Assembly: GCA_964291625.2 (NCBI GenBank) | Contig: OZ220089.1 | Location: 3,200,001-3,264,000, forward strand | DNA: 64,000 bases | Reading direction: 5' to 3' | DNA from: Candidatus Latescibacterota bacterium | GTDB taxonomy: Bacteria; Latescibacterota; UBA2968; UBA8231 | In this document: positions 20,332 through 30,198 of the stretch, one piece after another | Numbering within the stretch: position 1 is the stretch's first letter | Layout of the letters: every line of letters starts with the position of its first letter | The notes under the pieces: generated by a model | What the model was told of the DNA's origin: nothing | What the model saw: the letters and a program-made list of their open reading frames with translations, nothing else | The model's database searches: none | Position numbers and translations under genes: made by a program

Positions 20332-20372
20332 AAGGTATCGCCCCCAGGGTATTTGTCAAGTTGAAACTTGAC
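20332..20372 (-). promoter_or_regulatory. Sigma70-like promoter overlapped by a perfect palindrome
   Basis: Minus strand TTGACA(20359-20354)-N16-TACCTT(20337-20332), 7 nt before the ATG; palindrome GTCAAGTT-ga-AACTTGAC at 20355-20372. Confidence 0.6.
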
Positions 20373-20421
20373 GAAACTGGACTAGACAAGTTGTGACTCG
20401 CAGATTCATGGCGGGCGGCGG

Positions 20422-21603
20422 ATGGCCGCCGGTACTATTCTTGTCCAGGCCGGGACCCGCGGAGCGGACCCCGGCTCCAGGGGAGAACGCCACTTGATCG
20501 ACGACAGACAGGGGCTGACCGAGCGCCTCGACGAGGCGCACCGGCGGGGGTGCGCGGCCATCGACGTGGAGATGGTCTGGGAGCGCACCTTCTACCCCGC
20601 CCTCGGCGTCATCCAGCTGGGATTCTCCCGCCGGGAGTGCCACCTGGTGGACGCCGTCGCCCTCGAGGGCCGGCTCGCGCCCCTGGCCGAGCTGCTCTCC
20701 GGCCCCACGGTGAAGGTCCTCCACGACGCGCTGCAGGACCTGACCGTCCTGCGGATGGCCACCGGGGCGTCTCCGCGGAGCGTCTTCGACACCCGCATCG
20801 CCGCCGGTTTCGCGGGCCTGGCGCACACCATCTCCCTGCGCGACCTGCTCCGGGAGCTCTTCGGGGTGGAACTGGAGAAGACGGAGACCCGCACCGACTG
20901 GCTGCGCCGGCCCCTCAGCCCCACGCAGATCGGCTATGCCGAGGACGACGTGCGCTACCTGGTGGAGGCCCGCGAGGAGCTCCTCCGCCGAGCTCGCGCC
21001 GCCGGCGTCGAGGACTGGCTGCAGGAGGAGATGGCCGGCCTCGACGATCCGGCCCTCTACGAGGAGCGGGACCCGCGCGAGGCCTTCCGGCGGGTCAAGG
21101 GCTACGGCAAGCTGCAGCGGCGGCAGCTGGCGGTGCTGCGCGAGCTGGCGGCCTGGCGGGAGGCGGCGGCGCGGGACCTCGACCGGCCTCGGGGCCAGGT
21201 GGCGTCGGACAAGCTGCTGCTGCTGCTGGCGCAGCGTCAGCCGGTGGAGATGGAGGACCTGCGCGAGATCCGGAGCCTGCGGCGGCATCTCCGGACCCGC
21301 GGCGAGGCCCTCCTGCGGGCGGTGCGGGCCGGGCTCGACCTGGAGCCCGGGGACTGGCCTTCCGGGCCTCCCCGGGTCCGCCACGGCCGCGACGTGGAGA
21401 TGCGCTCCCGGGCGGCTTCGGAGCGCGTCAGGGAACGCGCCTCGGCGCGGGGCATCGACGAGGGGCTGGTGGCGACACGGGGCGAGGTCCGCTCCCTGGT
21501 GCGGGAGGGCCCGGAGAAGGAGGCGGGGCGCAACCGCCTGGCCGGCGGCTGGCGCTGGACGCTGGTGGGGGAGGAGGTGGCCGCCGAGTTCCACCGGCCC
21601 TGA
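20422..21603 (+). CDS. rnd: Ribonuclease D (3'-5' exonuclease + HRDC)
   Basis: AIDVEMVWERTFYPALGVIQL, KVLHDALQDL, FDTRIAA, TDWLRRPLS, YAEDDV, LAAWRE..AR..DRP. True start may be TTG at 20494. Confidence 0.85.
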   Translation: MAAGTILVQAGTRGADPGSRGERHLIDDRQGLTERLDEAHRRGCAAIDVEMVWERTFYPALGVIQLGFSRRECHLVDAVALEGRLAPLAELLSGPTVKVLHDALQDLTVLRMATGASPRSVFDTRIAAGFAGLAHTISLRDLLRELFGVELEKTETRTDWLRRPLSPTQIGYAEDDVRYLVEAREELLRRARAAGVEDWLQEEMAGLDDPALYEERDPREAFRRVKGYGKLQRRQLAVLRELAAWREAAARDLDRPRGQVASDKLLLLLAQRQPVEMEDLREIRSLRRHLRTRGEALLRAVRAGLDLEPGDWPSGPPRVRHGRDVEMRSRAASERVRERASARGIDEGLVATRGEVRSLVREGPEKEAGRNRLAGGWRWTLVGEEVAAEFHRP

Positions 21604-21688
21604 GCGGGACCGGAGGCAGAACGGCGAATCGCGGGGCCGGGAGAGCCTCCGGCACCGCGATCTGCGGGGACCTGCGGAGCTGCCTGAG

Positions 21689-21931
21689 CTAGCGGCGCTT
21701 GCGGCCGCGGCGGTCGAGACCCATCTCGGCCAGCCGGGCGATGCGCTCCGCCTTCTTGCGGCGGCGGATGCTCTTCTGCAGGTCGAGCTTCTTCTGCACC
21801 GACGGCTTCGTGAAGAAGCGCTTGCGCTTGAGGTCGCGCATCAGGCCCGTGCGCTTGGTCTTGGAGGTGAAGCGGCGCAGGGCGCGCTCGAAAGGCTCGT
21901 CGTCGGAGAGCTCGACGCTGAAGTTCACCAT
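21689..21931 (-). CDS. rpsU: 30S ribosomal protein S21
   Basis: EPFERALRRF...GLMRDLKRKRFFTKPS; GGAG RBS; ATG at 21931. Confidence 0.9.
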   Translation of the reverse strand: MVNFSVELSDDEPFERALRRFTSKTKRTGLMRDLKRKRFFTKPSVQKKLDLQKSIRRRKKAERIARLAEMGLDRRGRKRR

Positions 21932-22014
21932 GACGGGGGAGGCTCCTCGAAGGGTTCGAAAACTCGTTGAGTTGGAAGAAGATAGGGGGAGGCCGCGAGA
22001 GCGACAAGAGCGCT

Positions 22015-22857
22015 TCAGGACCAGACGAAGACCTCCGGGTGGCCGGCGTCGTAGCCGATGAAGACGGCGAGCACGATCCTGGGCGAGTCCCCGACCACGG
22101 CCGGCACCTCGTGGACGAGGCCGGTGTTGAAGAAGTAGAGGTCCCCCGGTTCCAGGTCCACCTGCCACTGCCCCAGGCCGTGGTCCCGCGCGTACTCGTG
22201 ATAGGTGTTGGCGGCCAGGTGGGGCTGCACCTCCTCCGACCAGGGGCAGTGGTGCAGGATCGCCTGGGTGGTGGCGGAGCTGGCCGCGTTCTGCAGGCAG
22301 AGGACCCCGGCGAGCTGCACCGGATAGCGGCTCACGGCGTAGTTGAAGCGCTTCTCCCGCAGCACCACGTGATCGATGTGGGGGGCGTAGAACTGACTCT
22401 CGTAGTGGATGCGGAATATGGCGGGACCGTAGAGGCGGCCGTCCGGCTCGCGGGCGGTGACCACCCGCTTGTCGCCGGCCAGCCGCCGCAGGACGCCGTA
22501 GAGCAGGTCCACCGGATCGGGGAAGCCGTCGAAGAGGGTGGTGAACAGCTCGCGGCTCTCGCGGGCGTGGGCGAAGAAGGCCGGCTGATCGTGGCCGAGG
22601 TTGCCGAGGCTGGTACCGATGTCGATGCGCAGCGGGGCGTCGGGCGGCGCCGGCTGCCGCGGGTCCCGCATGAGGCCGCGCTCGATGAAGCGGCTCACGA
22701 GGCCGGCGCAGTCCGCCGCCGGACAGGCGCCCCGCAGGATGATGGCCGGGATGTCGGCCTCCACGAGGCGGCGCAGGGGGTCCCGTCCGGTGCTCAGGGC
22801 CACCTCGACATCGTCGGCCTCGACGGGTCGCCAGGGGCCGGTCACGGTGTCGCTCAC
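22015..22857 (-). CDS. 2OG-Fe(II) oxygenase family protein
   Basis: PHID (HxD) ... LEPGDLYFFNTGLVHEV ... RIV; GTG at 22857. Confidence 0.75.
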   Translation of the reverse strand: MSDTVTGPWRPVEADDVEVALSTGRDPLRRLVEADIPAIILRGACPAADCAGLVSRFIERGLMRDPRQPAPPDAPLRIDIGTSLGNLGHDQPAFFAHARESRELFTTLFDGFPDPVDLLYGVLRRLAGDKRVVTAREPDGRLYGPAIFRIHYESQFYAPHIDHVVLREKRFNYAVSRYPVQLAGVLCLQNAASSATTQAILHHCPWSEEVQPHLAANTYHEYARDHGLGQWQVDLEPGDLYFFNTGLVHEVPAVVGDSPRIVLAVFIGYDAGHPEVFVWS

Positions 22858-22989
22858 AGGGCCTCGCTCGCAGGGGTGGGGGTCGGTGGCCGGCGGGGGA
22901 ATCTTGCACCCGGGCGGGTCCGGGGCAACCTTAGGCGGTCGGCCCTCGAGGCCGGACCCGGCAGAGCCGGGAATGGAGGATCCGGATAG

Positions 22990-24075
22990 ATGAGACCCGC
23001 CAAGAGGCTGGCCCTGGCCGCCGGCGCCGGCGACCTGAAGAAGGTGAAGGCCATGGTCGAGGCCGACCCGCCCCTGGCGCGGGACTGGCAGCCGATCATG
23101 GACGCCTGCTACGAGGGGCAGGTGAAGGCGGTGGAGTACCTGCTGAAGCACGGCGCCGACCCGAACATCAAGTCGAAGTCCGCCCATCACTACCGGCCCC
23201 TGCACCGCACGGTGGAGCACAAGCAGACGGCGCCCCGCGGTCCCCGGCACGTGGAGCTGGTGGAGTTGCTGCTGGAGCACGGCGCCGACCCCGACGGGCG
23301 CGGCTCCCACTGGCAGCTGACGCCCCTGGCGCTTGCCGTCCGCGGCGGCGAGGCGCAGTTCGTGCCGCTGCTGCAGGGGCGCACCACCAACGACATCTAC
23401 AACGCCTGCGTCATGGCCGACACGCGGCGGGTGCGAGCGCTGCTGCAGAGGGATCCCGCCCTGGCCGTTGCCGCCGACGAGGCCAACGGCTGGACGCCCC
23501 TGCGCTACTGCGCCGAGTCCCGCCCCGCCGGCTCCGGCGCCAGGCCCCGCAGCTACGTGGCCGTGGCGCGGGCCCTGGTCGAGGCCGGGGCTCCGCCGGG
23601 CGACGCGCTCGATCCGGCGATCCACTCGAAGAACCTGGAGCTGGTCCGCTACCTGCTCGACGCCGGCGCCGGGATCCGCGACGGCGACACCCTGAACCAC
23701 GCCGCCCAGGACCGCGCCTACGAGGTCCTCGACCTGCTCGTCGAGCGCGGCGTCGACCTCAACGATCAGCGCGGGACCGAGCATCACGGCGGCTACACCC
23801 CCCTGGGCTGCTGCATGCACGGCCGCAGCCTCCACGGGGCCCGCTGGTTCCTGGAGCAGGGGGTCGACCCCAACGACATCGGCAGCGCCGACGGCGAGAC
23901 GGCCCTGCACGCCGCAGTGCGCTTCGGCTGCCGCGTGGAGATGCTGAAGATGCTCGTCGACTTCGGCGTGAAGGTGAACGCCAGGGACCGCGCCGGCCGC
24001 ACGGCGCTGGCCGTGGGCCGCGAGCGGAAGCGCAGGAAGCAGGTGGAGTACCTGGAGAAGATCGGCGCCCGGTAG
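22990..24075 (+). CDS. Ankyrin repeat protein
   Basis: YLLKHGADPN, LLLEHGADPD, GETALHAAV, VNARDRAGRTAL. Confidence 0.9.
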   Translation: MRPAKRLALAAGAGDLKKVKAMVEADPPLARDWQPIMDACYEGQVKAVEYLLKHGADPNIKSKSAHHYRPLHRTVEHKQTAPRGPRHVELVELLLEHGADPDGRGSHWQLTPLALAVRGGEAQFVPLLQGRTTNDIYNACVMADTRRVRALLQRDPALAVAADEANGWTPLRYCAESRPAGSGARPRSYVAVARALVEAGAPPGDALDPAIHSKNLELVRYLLDAGAGIRDGDTLNHAAQDRAYEVLDLLVERGVDLNDQRGTEHHGGYTPLGCCMHGRSLHGARWFLEQGVDPNDIGSADGETALHAAVRFGCRVEMLKMLVDFGVKVNARDRAGRTALAVGRERKRRKQVEYLEKIGAR

Positions 24076-24173
24076 CGGCCTCGAAGGCCCGCCCGCCCGG
24101 GAGGTTCCGGGCCTGGACGGAATCAAGCCGAGGCCGTGTCTTTACTGGGTTCCCCCGGAACGAGGATGATCCC

Positions 24174-24503
24174 GTGTCGAGCCCCAGCAGACCTCCCAAG
24201 ACCTACCGCGAGTTCATCGGCCGCTACCCCAAGCTGGGCAAGGCCTGGGACCTGATCGGCGAGGCCGGCCAGGAGGGCCCCCTGGACGCGCGCACCCGCC
24301 GCCTGGTCAAGCTCGGCGTCGCCATGGGCGCCATGCGCACCGGCGCCGTGCGCTCGGGGGTCCGCAAGGCCACCGACATGGGCATCTCCCGGGAGGAGGT
24401 GGAGCAGGTGGTGGCCCTGGCGGCCGGCACCATCGGCATGCCCTCGGCCGTGGCCTGCTTCACCTGGATCGAGGAAGCCCTCCCCCCCGAACAGGACGGA
24501 TGA
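24174..24503 (+). CDS. Carboxymuconolactone decarboxylase (CMD/AhpD) family protein
   Basis: GPLDARTRRLVKLGVA...GISREEVEQVVALAAGTIGMP. Confidence 0.85.
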   Translation: MSSPSRPPKTYREFIGRYPKLGKAWDLIGEAGQEGPLDARTRRLVKLGVAMGAMRTGAVRSGVRKATDMGISREEVEQVVALAAGTIGMPSAVACFTWIEEALPPEQDG

Positions 24504-26779
24504 GAGCGATCGTACGGATCACCGCGCTCTGGCTGCTGGCCGCCGGCGCCGCCCGGGCGGGCACCCTGAGCGGATTCGTGACCGACGCCGACAACGGCGA
24601 GGCCCTGCCCCTGGCGGCGGTGGTCGTGGAGGGGATCCGCATGGGGGCGACCAGCAACAGCAGCGGCTACTATGCCGTCAAGCAGGTGCCGGACGGCGAG
24701 TACGTGGTCACCGCCTCCTACATCGGCTACGGGACCCTGCGGGACACGCTGCGCTTCGAGGCCGGGGTCGACATCCGGCGGGACTGGTCCCTGACCTGGC
24801 AGCCTATCCTCGAAGAGGCGGTCGTCGTCGAGGCCGAGAGCGAGGAGGAGGAGGAACAGGCCACCCAGAGCAGCTTCATCGCCCTCCAGGTGGAGCCCCT
24901 TCAGCAGATGCCGGCCATGGGCGAGGCCGACCTGCTTCGCAGCCTGCAGTTGCTGCCCGGCATCCAGTCGGCCTCCGACCTCACCAGCGGTCTCTACGTG
25001 CGCGGCGGCGGTCCGGACCAGACGGCCATCCTCCTCGACCACATCCCCCTCTACAACCCCTCCCACCTCTTCGGGTTCTTCTCCACCTTCAACCCCGACG
25101 CGATCAAGGACGTGCAGCTCTACAAGGGGGCCTACCCGGCGAAGTACGGCCGCACCCTCGGGGCCGTCCTCGACGTGGCCAACCGCGAGGGCAACCGCCA
25201 GCGCTTCAGCGGCCGCGGCGGCATCAGCCTCATCTCCAGCCGCCTGCTGGCCGAGGGGCCGATCGACGGCGGCTCGTGGATGGCCGCCGGGCGCCGCACC
25301 TACCTGGAGCCCGTCCTCGGCGCCGTCCGCGCCTTCGACGTCGACATCCCCCTCAGCTACTACTTCTACGACTTCAACGGCAAGATCAACCAGCGGCGCG
25401 GCGACGACACCTTCACCCTGAGCACCTACCTGGGCCAGGACGACCTGCGGGCGGAGTTCTTTCGGGAATCGTCCAGCGCCGACACGTCGAGCACAGACCA
25501 GGAAGACGTAGAGGCGTCCTTCGCCGACCTGCGCTGGGGCAACCGCGCCGTGACGGCGCGCTGGACGCGGGTGTTCTCGCCCGATCTCTTCGGCCACTTC
25601 ATGGCAGCCGGCTCCTACTACGAGAGCGTCCTCGACTTCAGCTTCTTCAACACTCCCTTCACCGTCGTCAACAGCATCCGCGACCTGTCCCTCAAGGGCG
25701 ACCTCGACTACTTCGCCCACCGGGACCACACCCTCACCCTCGGCTTCCTGGCCACCCTTTACAGGTTCCACTTCGCCCAGAGCTTCAACGGCGAGGAGCA
25801 GGACGACCTGCGCCAGGGCTCGGTGCTGATCTCGGCCTACGTGCAGGACGAGTGGGAGCCCGACCCGGTCACGCGGCTGCGCCTCGGGGGGCGGGCCGCC
25901 TGGTTCAGCGAAGGCGGCCGCCTGCATTTCACCCCGCGCCTCTCCCTCAGCCGGGCCCTCACCGACAAGGTGCGCGTCAAGTTCGCCGGGGGGATGTACC
26001 GCCAGTACCTGCAGTTGATCACCACCGAGGGCTTCACCGGCGGCGACGGCTGGGTGCCCCTGGACGACAGCGTCGAGCCCGGGCGCTCCTGGCAGGGAGT
26101 GGCCGGCGCCGAGTGGAACCCGTCGCGGACCTGGCAGTTCACGGTGGAGGGATACTACACGGACCTGGCGAACCTCGTGGTCCTCGACACCGCCGTGGCC
26201 GCCGACAGCGAAGCCGGCAACTCCGAGGAGATCTTCGTCAGCGGCGGCACCGGCTGGGCCCGCGGCGTCGAGCTCTTCCTGCAACGGCGCTCGGGACCTC
26301 TCACCGGCTGGGTGGGCTACACCCTTGGCTGGACGCGGCGCACCTTCCCGGAGCTGAACCAGGGGCGCGCCTTCCCCCCCAAGTACGACCGCCGCCACGA
26401 CCTCTCCTTCGTCGTCTCCTACCGGGTCGGGAAGTGGCGCCTGGGCTCCAACCTCGTGTACGCCACGGGGCAGGCCTTCACCCCGGCCTCGGTGCGCTAC
26501 TCACTGCGCGAGCCGACTACCGGCGTGGTCGAGGACTACGTGCTGCCGTCGCGGCGCAACAGTGGCCGCCTGCTGCCCTACCACCGCCTCGACGTCAGCG
26601 TCACCCGCGACCTGTCGCTGTGGGGCCTCGAGTCCGAGCTCTTCCTGCAGGTCTTCAACCTCTACAGCCGGCGCAACGAATGGTTCGTCCAGTACTCCAC
26701 CGACGAAGCCGAGACCCGGGCGGAGGTGGTCCAGCAGTTGCCCGTCGTGCCTACGCTGGGCCTCAACTTTGCATTCTAG
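24500..26779 (+). CDS. TonB-dependent receptor with CarboxypepD_reg N-domain
   Basis: LSGFVTDADNGEAL, LQLLPGI, LYVRGG, NPSHLFGFFSTFN, YDRRHD, YHRLD, C-terminal Phe. Confidence 0.92.
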   Translation: MRAIVRITALWLLAAGAARAGTLSGFVTDADNGEALPLAAVVVEGIRMGATSNSSGYYAVKQVPDGEYVVTASYIGYGTLRDTLRFEAGVDIRRDWSLTWQPILEEAVVVEAESEEEEEQATQSSFIALQVEPLQQMPAMGEADLLRSLQLLPGIQSASDLTSGLYVRGGGPDQTAILLDHIPLYNPSHLFGFFSTFNPDAIKDVQLYKGAYPAKYGRTLGAVLDVANREGNRQRFSGRGGISLISSRLLAEGPIDGGSWMAAGRRTYLEPVLGAVRAFDVDIPLSYYFYDFNGKINQRRGDDTFTLSTYLGQDDLRAEFFRESSSADTSSTDQEDVEASFADLRWGNRAVTARWTRVFSPDLFGHFMAAGSYYESVLDFSFFNTPFTVVNSIRDLSLKGDLDYFAHRDHTLTLGFLATLYRFHFAQSFNGEEQDDLRQGSVLISAYVQDEWEPDPVTRLRLGGRAAWFSEGGRLHFTPRLSLSRALTDKVRVKFAGGMYRQYLQLITTEGFTGGDGWVPLDDSVEPGRSWQGVAGAEWNPSRTWQFTVEGYYTDLANLVVLDTAVAADSEAGNSEEIFVSGGTGWARGVELFLQRRSGPLTGWVGYTLGWTRRTFPELNQGRAFPPKYDRRHDLSFVVSYRVGKWRLGSNLVYATGQAFTPASVRYSLREPTTGVVEDYVLPSRRNSGRLLPYHRLDVSVTRDLSLWGLESELFLQVFNLYSRRNEWFVQYSTDEAETRAEVVQQLPVVPTLGLNFAF

Positions 26780-26820
26780 GATGCAACTCTCCTGGCGGAA
26801 GACTGCATGAGGCCAGCAAG

Positions 26821-28014
26821 ATGACTCCCGAATCCAGCCCCTTCAGCCCCGGCCAGCCCGTGCCGATCGAGTTCTTTGTCGGGCGTCTTCCCGAGATCGA
26901 GCGGCTGCGCGGCATGGTCCATGCCAGCACTCGGGGCCGCTTCAAGATCGGCTTTGTCAGCGGCGAGCGGGGTATCGGGAAGAGTTCCCTCGCAGCCTTC
27001 GCCCGCCGCTCGGTCGAGGGCGACTTCGATGTGGCGGGCTGTCACGTCTTCCTGGGCGGCGTTCAGGATCACCGGGAGATGCTGCGCCGAACACTTGACC
27101 GCATCCTGAACGAGAGCGTGGACAAGCCGTGGCATCGACAACTCATGGGTCACTTCGGCGACCGCGTCAGCAAGGTGGGGCTCTTCGGTGTAACGCTCGA
27201 GTTGAATCTCGACGAGAGGGACATGGTGGCCGTGGAGCGTGACTTCGCCGCGTCGATGGGGCGGCTCTTGGAGAGCCTTGGAGAGCACAGGAAGTCCCTC
27301 TTCCTGATCCTCGATGACATCAACGGGTTGGCTGGCTCGGAGGGCTTTGCCAACTGGCTCAAGAGCACGGTTGACGAGATCGCCACCTCCGAGGACGAGT
27401 TGCGCCTCTGCATCCTCGTCGTGGGGCTCGAGGAGAGGCGTCGGGAACTGGTGGAGAGGCAGCCCTCCCTGGCGCGCGTCTTCGAGTTGATCGACATCGC
27501 TCCCTGGTCAGATGACGAAGTTCGCCAGTTCTATCGGGAGTCCTTCGGCGCTGGCGGGGCCGAGATCTCCGAGGAAGGGATGGAATTGCTTCCTCCCTTT
27601 ACCGGCGGCCTGCCGGTCCTGGCGCACGAGATCGGGGACGCGGTCTGGCGGACAGCCCGAGGACCGGACATCGGAAAGAGAGAGGTGCTGAAAGGAATCT
27701 TCATGGCCGCGGAGGTCATCGGACGGAAGCTGCTGAACCCCCAGGTCTTCGATGCCATCCGCAGCGAAAGCTATCACTCCATTTTCCGCAAGATGGCGGA
27801 TCTGCCCGGGACCCGTTTCGGCCGGGCGCAACTCAGGGAGTTCCTGACGGACGCGGAGGCCAAGGGCCTGGACAACTTCCTGCGCCGAATGACGAGTCTG
27901 GGAGCATTGGAGAGAGACCCCGAAACGAGGGGAGCGTACCGCTTCCCCAACCTGCTTCACGCCCTGTACTTCCGCATGGAATCCCAGCGGCGGAGACGTG
28001 AGGAGGGGGCCTGA
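26821..28014 (+). CDS. STAND/AAA_16-like P-loop ATPase with C-terminal winged-helix-like region
   Basis: SPFSPGQPV..FVGR..EI, GERGIGKSS, LILDD, TGGLP...HEIG, YRFPNLL; codon usage differs from neighbours; ATG at 26821. Confidence 0.85.
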   Translation: MTPESSPFSPGQPVPIEFFVGRLPEIERLRGMVHASTRGRFKIGFVSGERGIGKSSLAAFARRSVEGDFDVAGCHVFLGGVQDHREMLRRTLDRILNESVDKPWHRQLMGHFGDRVSKVGLFGVTLELNLDERDMVAVERDFAASMGRLLESLGEHRKSLFLILDDINGLAGSEGFANWLKSTVDEIATSEDELRLCILVVGLEERRRELVERQPSLARVFELIDIAPWSDDEVRQFYRESFGAGGAEISEEGMELLPPFTGGLPVLAHEIGDAVWRTARGPDIGKREVLKGIFMAAEVIGRKLLNPQVFDAIRSESYHSIFRKMADLPGTRFGRAQLREFLTDAEAKGLDNFLRRMTSLGALERDPETRGAYRFPNLLHALYFRMESQRRRREEGA

Positions 28015-28934
28015 TGATGCGCTGTCTCCCACTCCTCCTGTGCCTGGCGGCGTGCTCCGCCGACCGCCAGCCCGGGAGTCTCTTCGGCTCGGCGGAGGAG
28101 GACAGCGCCTTGGTGGTCGACGCCCTGCTGCTGGTCGACCAGGACCTGCCCGAACTGTACGTGCGGCGCAGCCTGGCTGCCGACGTCGCGTACGACCGCG
28201 CAGCGACGGGCGTGGCCGACGCCCGGGTCCGCATCCTCCAGGGGGACCGGGTCTTCGAGTACGCCCCCGATACGGAGGAACCCGGCCGTTACCTGCCGCC
28301 CCCGGACCCGCCCCGGGTCGAGCCCCGGACCGAGTACCAGCTCGAGGTCGAGGTAGGCGGCCAGCGCCTGTGGGGGCGCACGACCACGCCGGACCGGCTG
28401 CGGGTGCGGCAGGCGGTGCTCATCGACTGGGAGACCGGCGAGGTCCTGCGCACCCTCAAGTCCTTTGCCGAGGCCGGAGACGGGGTCTGGGAGGCGCCCG
28501 AGAACCAGCTCCTCTACCTGGAGGGGGTGCTCGAGATCCACCTGGAGGCGGCGGCGGCGGCTGGTTACCAGGCGGGGATCTTCTCCCTGGACGAGAGCCC
28601 GGAGAAGGTCAACGAGGATCTGGACGAGTTCTACGACGACGACGTGGACCCGAGCCGGAACGAGTCGCCGCCCCTGGCGGTCACCGAGGGGGTCCTGCGC
28701 TGGCCGTGGTTCGCCGTCTACTACACCGGCCGCTCCATCGTGAAGGTCTACGCCCTCGACCAGAACTGGTTCGACTACGCGCGCACAAACGCCGACCAGC
28801 AGGAGCAGGGAGGGGGTGCCGGCGGACTGGCGGGCGACAACTTCGAGAGGCCCCTGTTCTCCGTGGAGGGAGGGTTGGGCCTCTTCGGCTCGGCGTCGGC
28901 CGATTCGGTGGGCTTCGTGGTGGTGCCGCGCTAG
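28014..28934 (+). CDS. DUF4249-like lipoprotein (TonB-receptor partner)
   Basis: Lipobox LAAC; LVVDALL; VYALDQNWFDY; FSVEGGLGLFGSAS. Confidence 0.75.
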   Translation: MMRCLPLLLCLAACSADRQPGSLFGSAEEDSALVVDALLLVDQDLPELYVRRSLAADVAYDRAATGVADARVRILQGDRVFEYAPDTEEPGRYLPPPDPPRVEPRTEYQLEVEVGGQRLWGRTTTPDRLRVRQAVLIDWETGEVLRTLKSFAEAGDGVWEAPENQLLYLEGVLEIHLEAAAAAGYQAGIFSLDESPEKVNEDLDEFYDDDVDPSRNESPPLAVTEGVLRWPWFAVYYTGRSIVKVYALDQNWFDYARTNADQQEQGGGAGGLAGDNFERPLFSVEGGLGLFGSASADSVGFVVVPR

Positions 28935-29743
28935 AGCGGGTCCGGCGAAGCCAGTTCGCGGTTGCTGCCCATGGACGTCTCGCCGCCGTCGGCAAAGAGG
29001 CAGGCGCCGGTGACGAAGGAGGCGTCGTCGGAAGCCAGGAACAGGACGCAGGCGGCGATCTCCTCGGGCCGGGCCGGGCGCCCGAGCATGGTGGCGCGTC
29101 CGACCTCTTCCTTGAATGAGTCGGGGGTCATCCCGGCCGCGGCGGCTCGCCGCTCATGGAAGGGGGTGAAGGTCGGTCCCGGGCAGAGGGCGTTGACCCG
29201 GATCCCTTCTTCGGCATGGTCCAGGGCCATGGCCCGGGTCAGCCCCGTGACCGCTGCCTTGGTGGTGTCGTACTGCACGGCGTTGCGGCTCGCGATCGCC
29301 GCGCTGTTGGAGGCGATGTTGACGATGCTGCCCTTGCCGCCCTGGCGCAGGAAGGGGATCGCGGCCCGGGCGCAGAAGGCGTAGCCCTTGACGTTTACCG
29401 CCCAGATGGTGTCCCAGCTCTCCTCGCTGGCTTCGGCCACGGTGTTGTAGGAACGGATGGCGGCGTTGTTCACGAGGATGTCGAGCCGGCCGAAGTGATC
29501 GACCGTCCGCCGGATGAAGGCGGCGGCCTCGGCTTCGCGGTCCATGCGGGCCTCCACGAACAGCGCCTCCCCGCCGCCGGCCTCGATCTCGCCGGCGACG
29601 CACTCGCCGCGGGGGCCGTCGCGGTCGGAAAAGGCCACCCGCGCGCCCTCCTCCACGAAGCGCCGCACCGTGGCCTCGCCGATGCCGGAGGCGCCGCCGG
29701 TGACGGCCGCGACCCTGCCGTCCAGTCTTCGCCCCGAGGTCAG
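28931..29743 (-). CDS. SDR family oxidoreductase
   Basis: TGGASGIG, LVNNAA, YDTTK, GIRVNALCPG. Start uncertain; CTG at 29743 overlaps the cupin stop. Confidence 0.9.
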   Translation of the reverse strand: MTSGRRLDGRVAAVTGGASGIGEATVRRFVEEGARVAFSDRDGPRGECVAGEIEAGGGEALFVEARMDREAEAAAFIRRTVDHFGRLDILVNNAAIRSYNTVAEASEESWDTIWAVNVKGYAFCARAAIPFLRQGGKGSIVNIASNSAAIASRNAVQYDTTKAAVTGLTRAMALDHAEEGIRVNALCPGPTFTPFHERRAAAAGMTPDSFKEEVGRATMLGRPARPEEIAACVLFLASDDASFVTGACLFADGGETSMGSNRELASPDPL

Positions 29744-30108
29744 CGCTGCTCGTCCCTGGTGGGGAACTCCGCCGGCATGCAGATCTCGATGACCTCGAAG
29801 TCGTCGGAGAACTCCAGCACCTCGTGGGGGACCCCGGGATCCTGCTGCCAGCTGTCGCCGGCCTCGAAGCGCACCTCGCCGACGTCCTTGAACTCGACCC
29901 GGGTCCAGCCACGCAGCACGTAGTTCATCTGGAACTCGAGATCGTGGGAGTGATAGCCGCCCGGCCCGCTGCAGGATTCGGTGGCGCGGATGACATGGAC
30001 GAGCAACTTGCCCTTGGTGGCCTCGACGCTGCCGAGGTCGCGGTACTCGAAGTAGGTGCGCAGGCCGGGCTTCCACTCAGCCGACTTGTGAAGGGACATG
30101 GTGGCCAT
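29740..30108 (-). CDS. Cupin domain protein
   Basis: GLRTYFEYRDLG, HSHDLEFQMNYVLRGW, PGVPH. Confidence 0.85.
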   Translation of the reverse strand: MATMSLHKSAEWKPGLRTYFEYRDLGSVEATKGKLLVHVIRATESCSGPGGYHSHDLEFQMNYVLRGWTRVEFKDVGEVRFEAGDSWQQDPGVPHEVLEFSDDFEVIEICMPAEFPTRDEQR

Positions 30109-30198
30109 GCTGATCGATCCTCCGGAGTTGGGGGGGATTGCGGCGGGAGATAGAAACCCCTGGTCGGTCCCAGGGTCAAGGTGGCGTGCCTGCCGCCC

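Noticed and set aside
15021-28014. Apparent fusions 15021..17717, 17866..19995, 21689..22909, 22015..24126, 25276..28014
   Set aside because: Only the C-terminal parts are protein-like; the extensions are off-frame or antisense overlaps of neighbouring genes.
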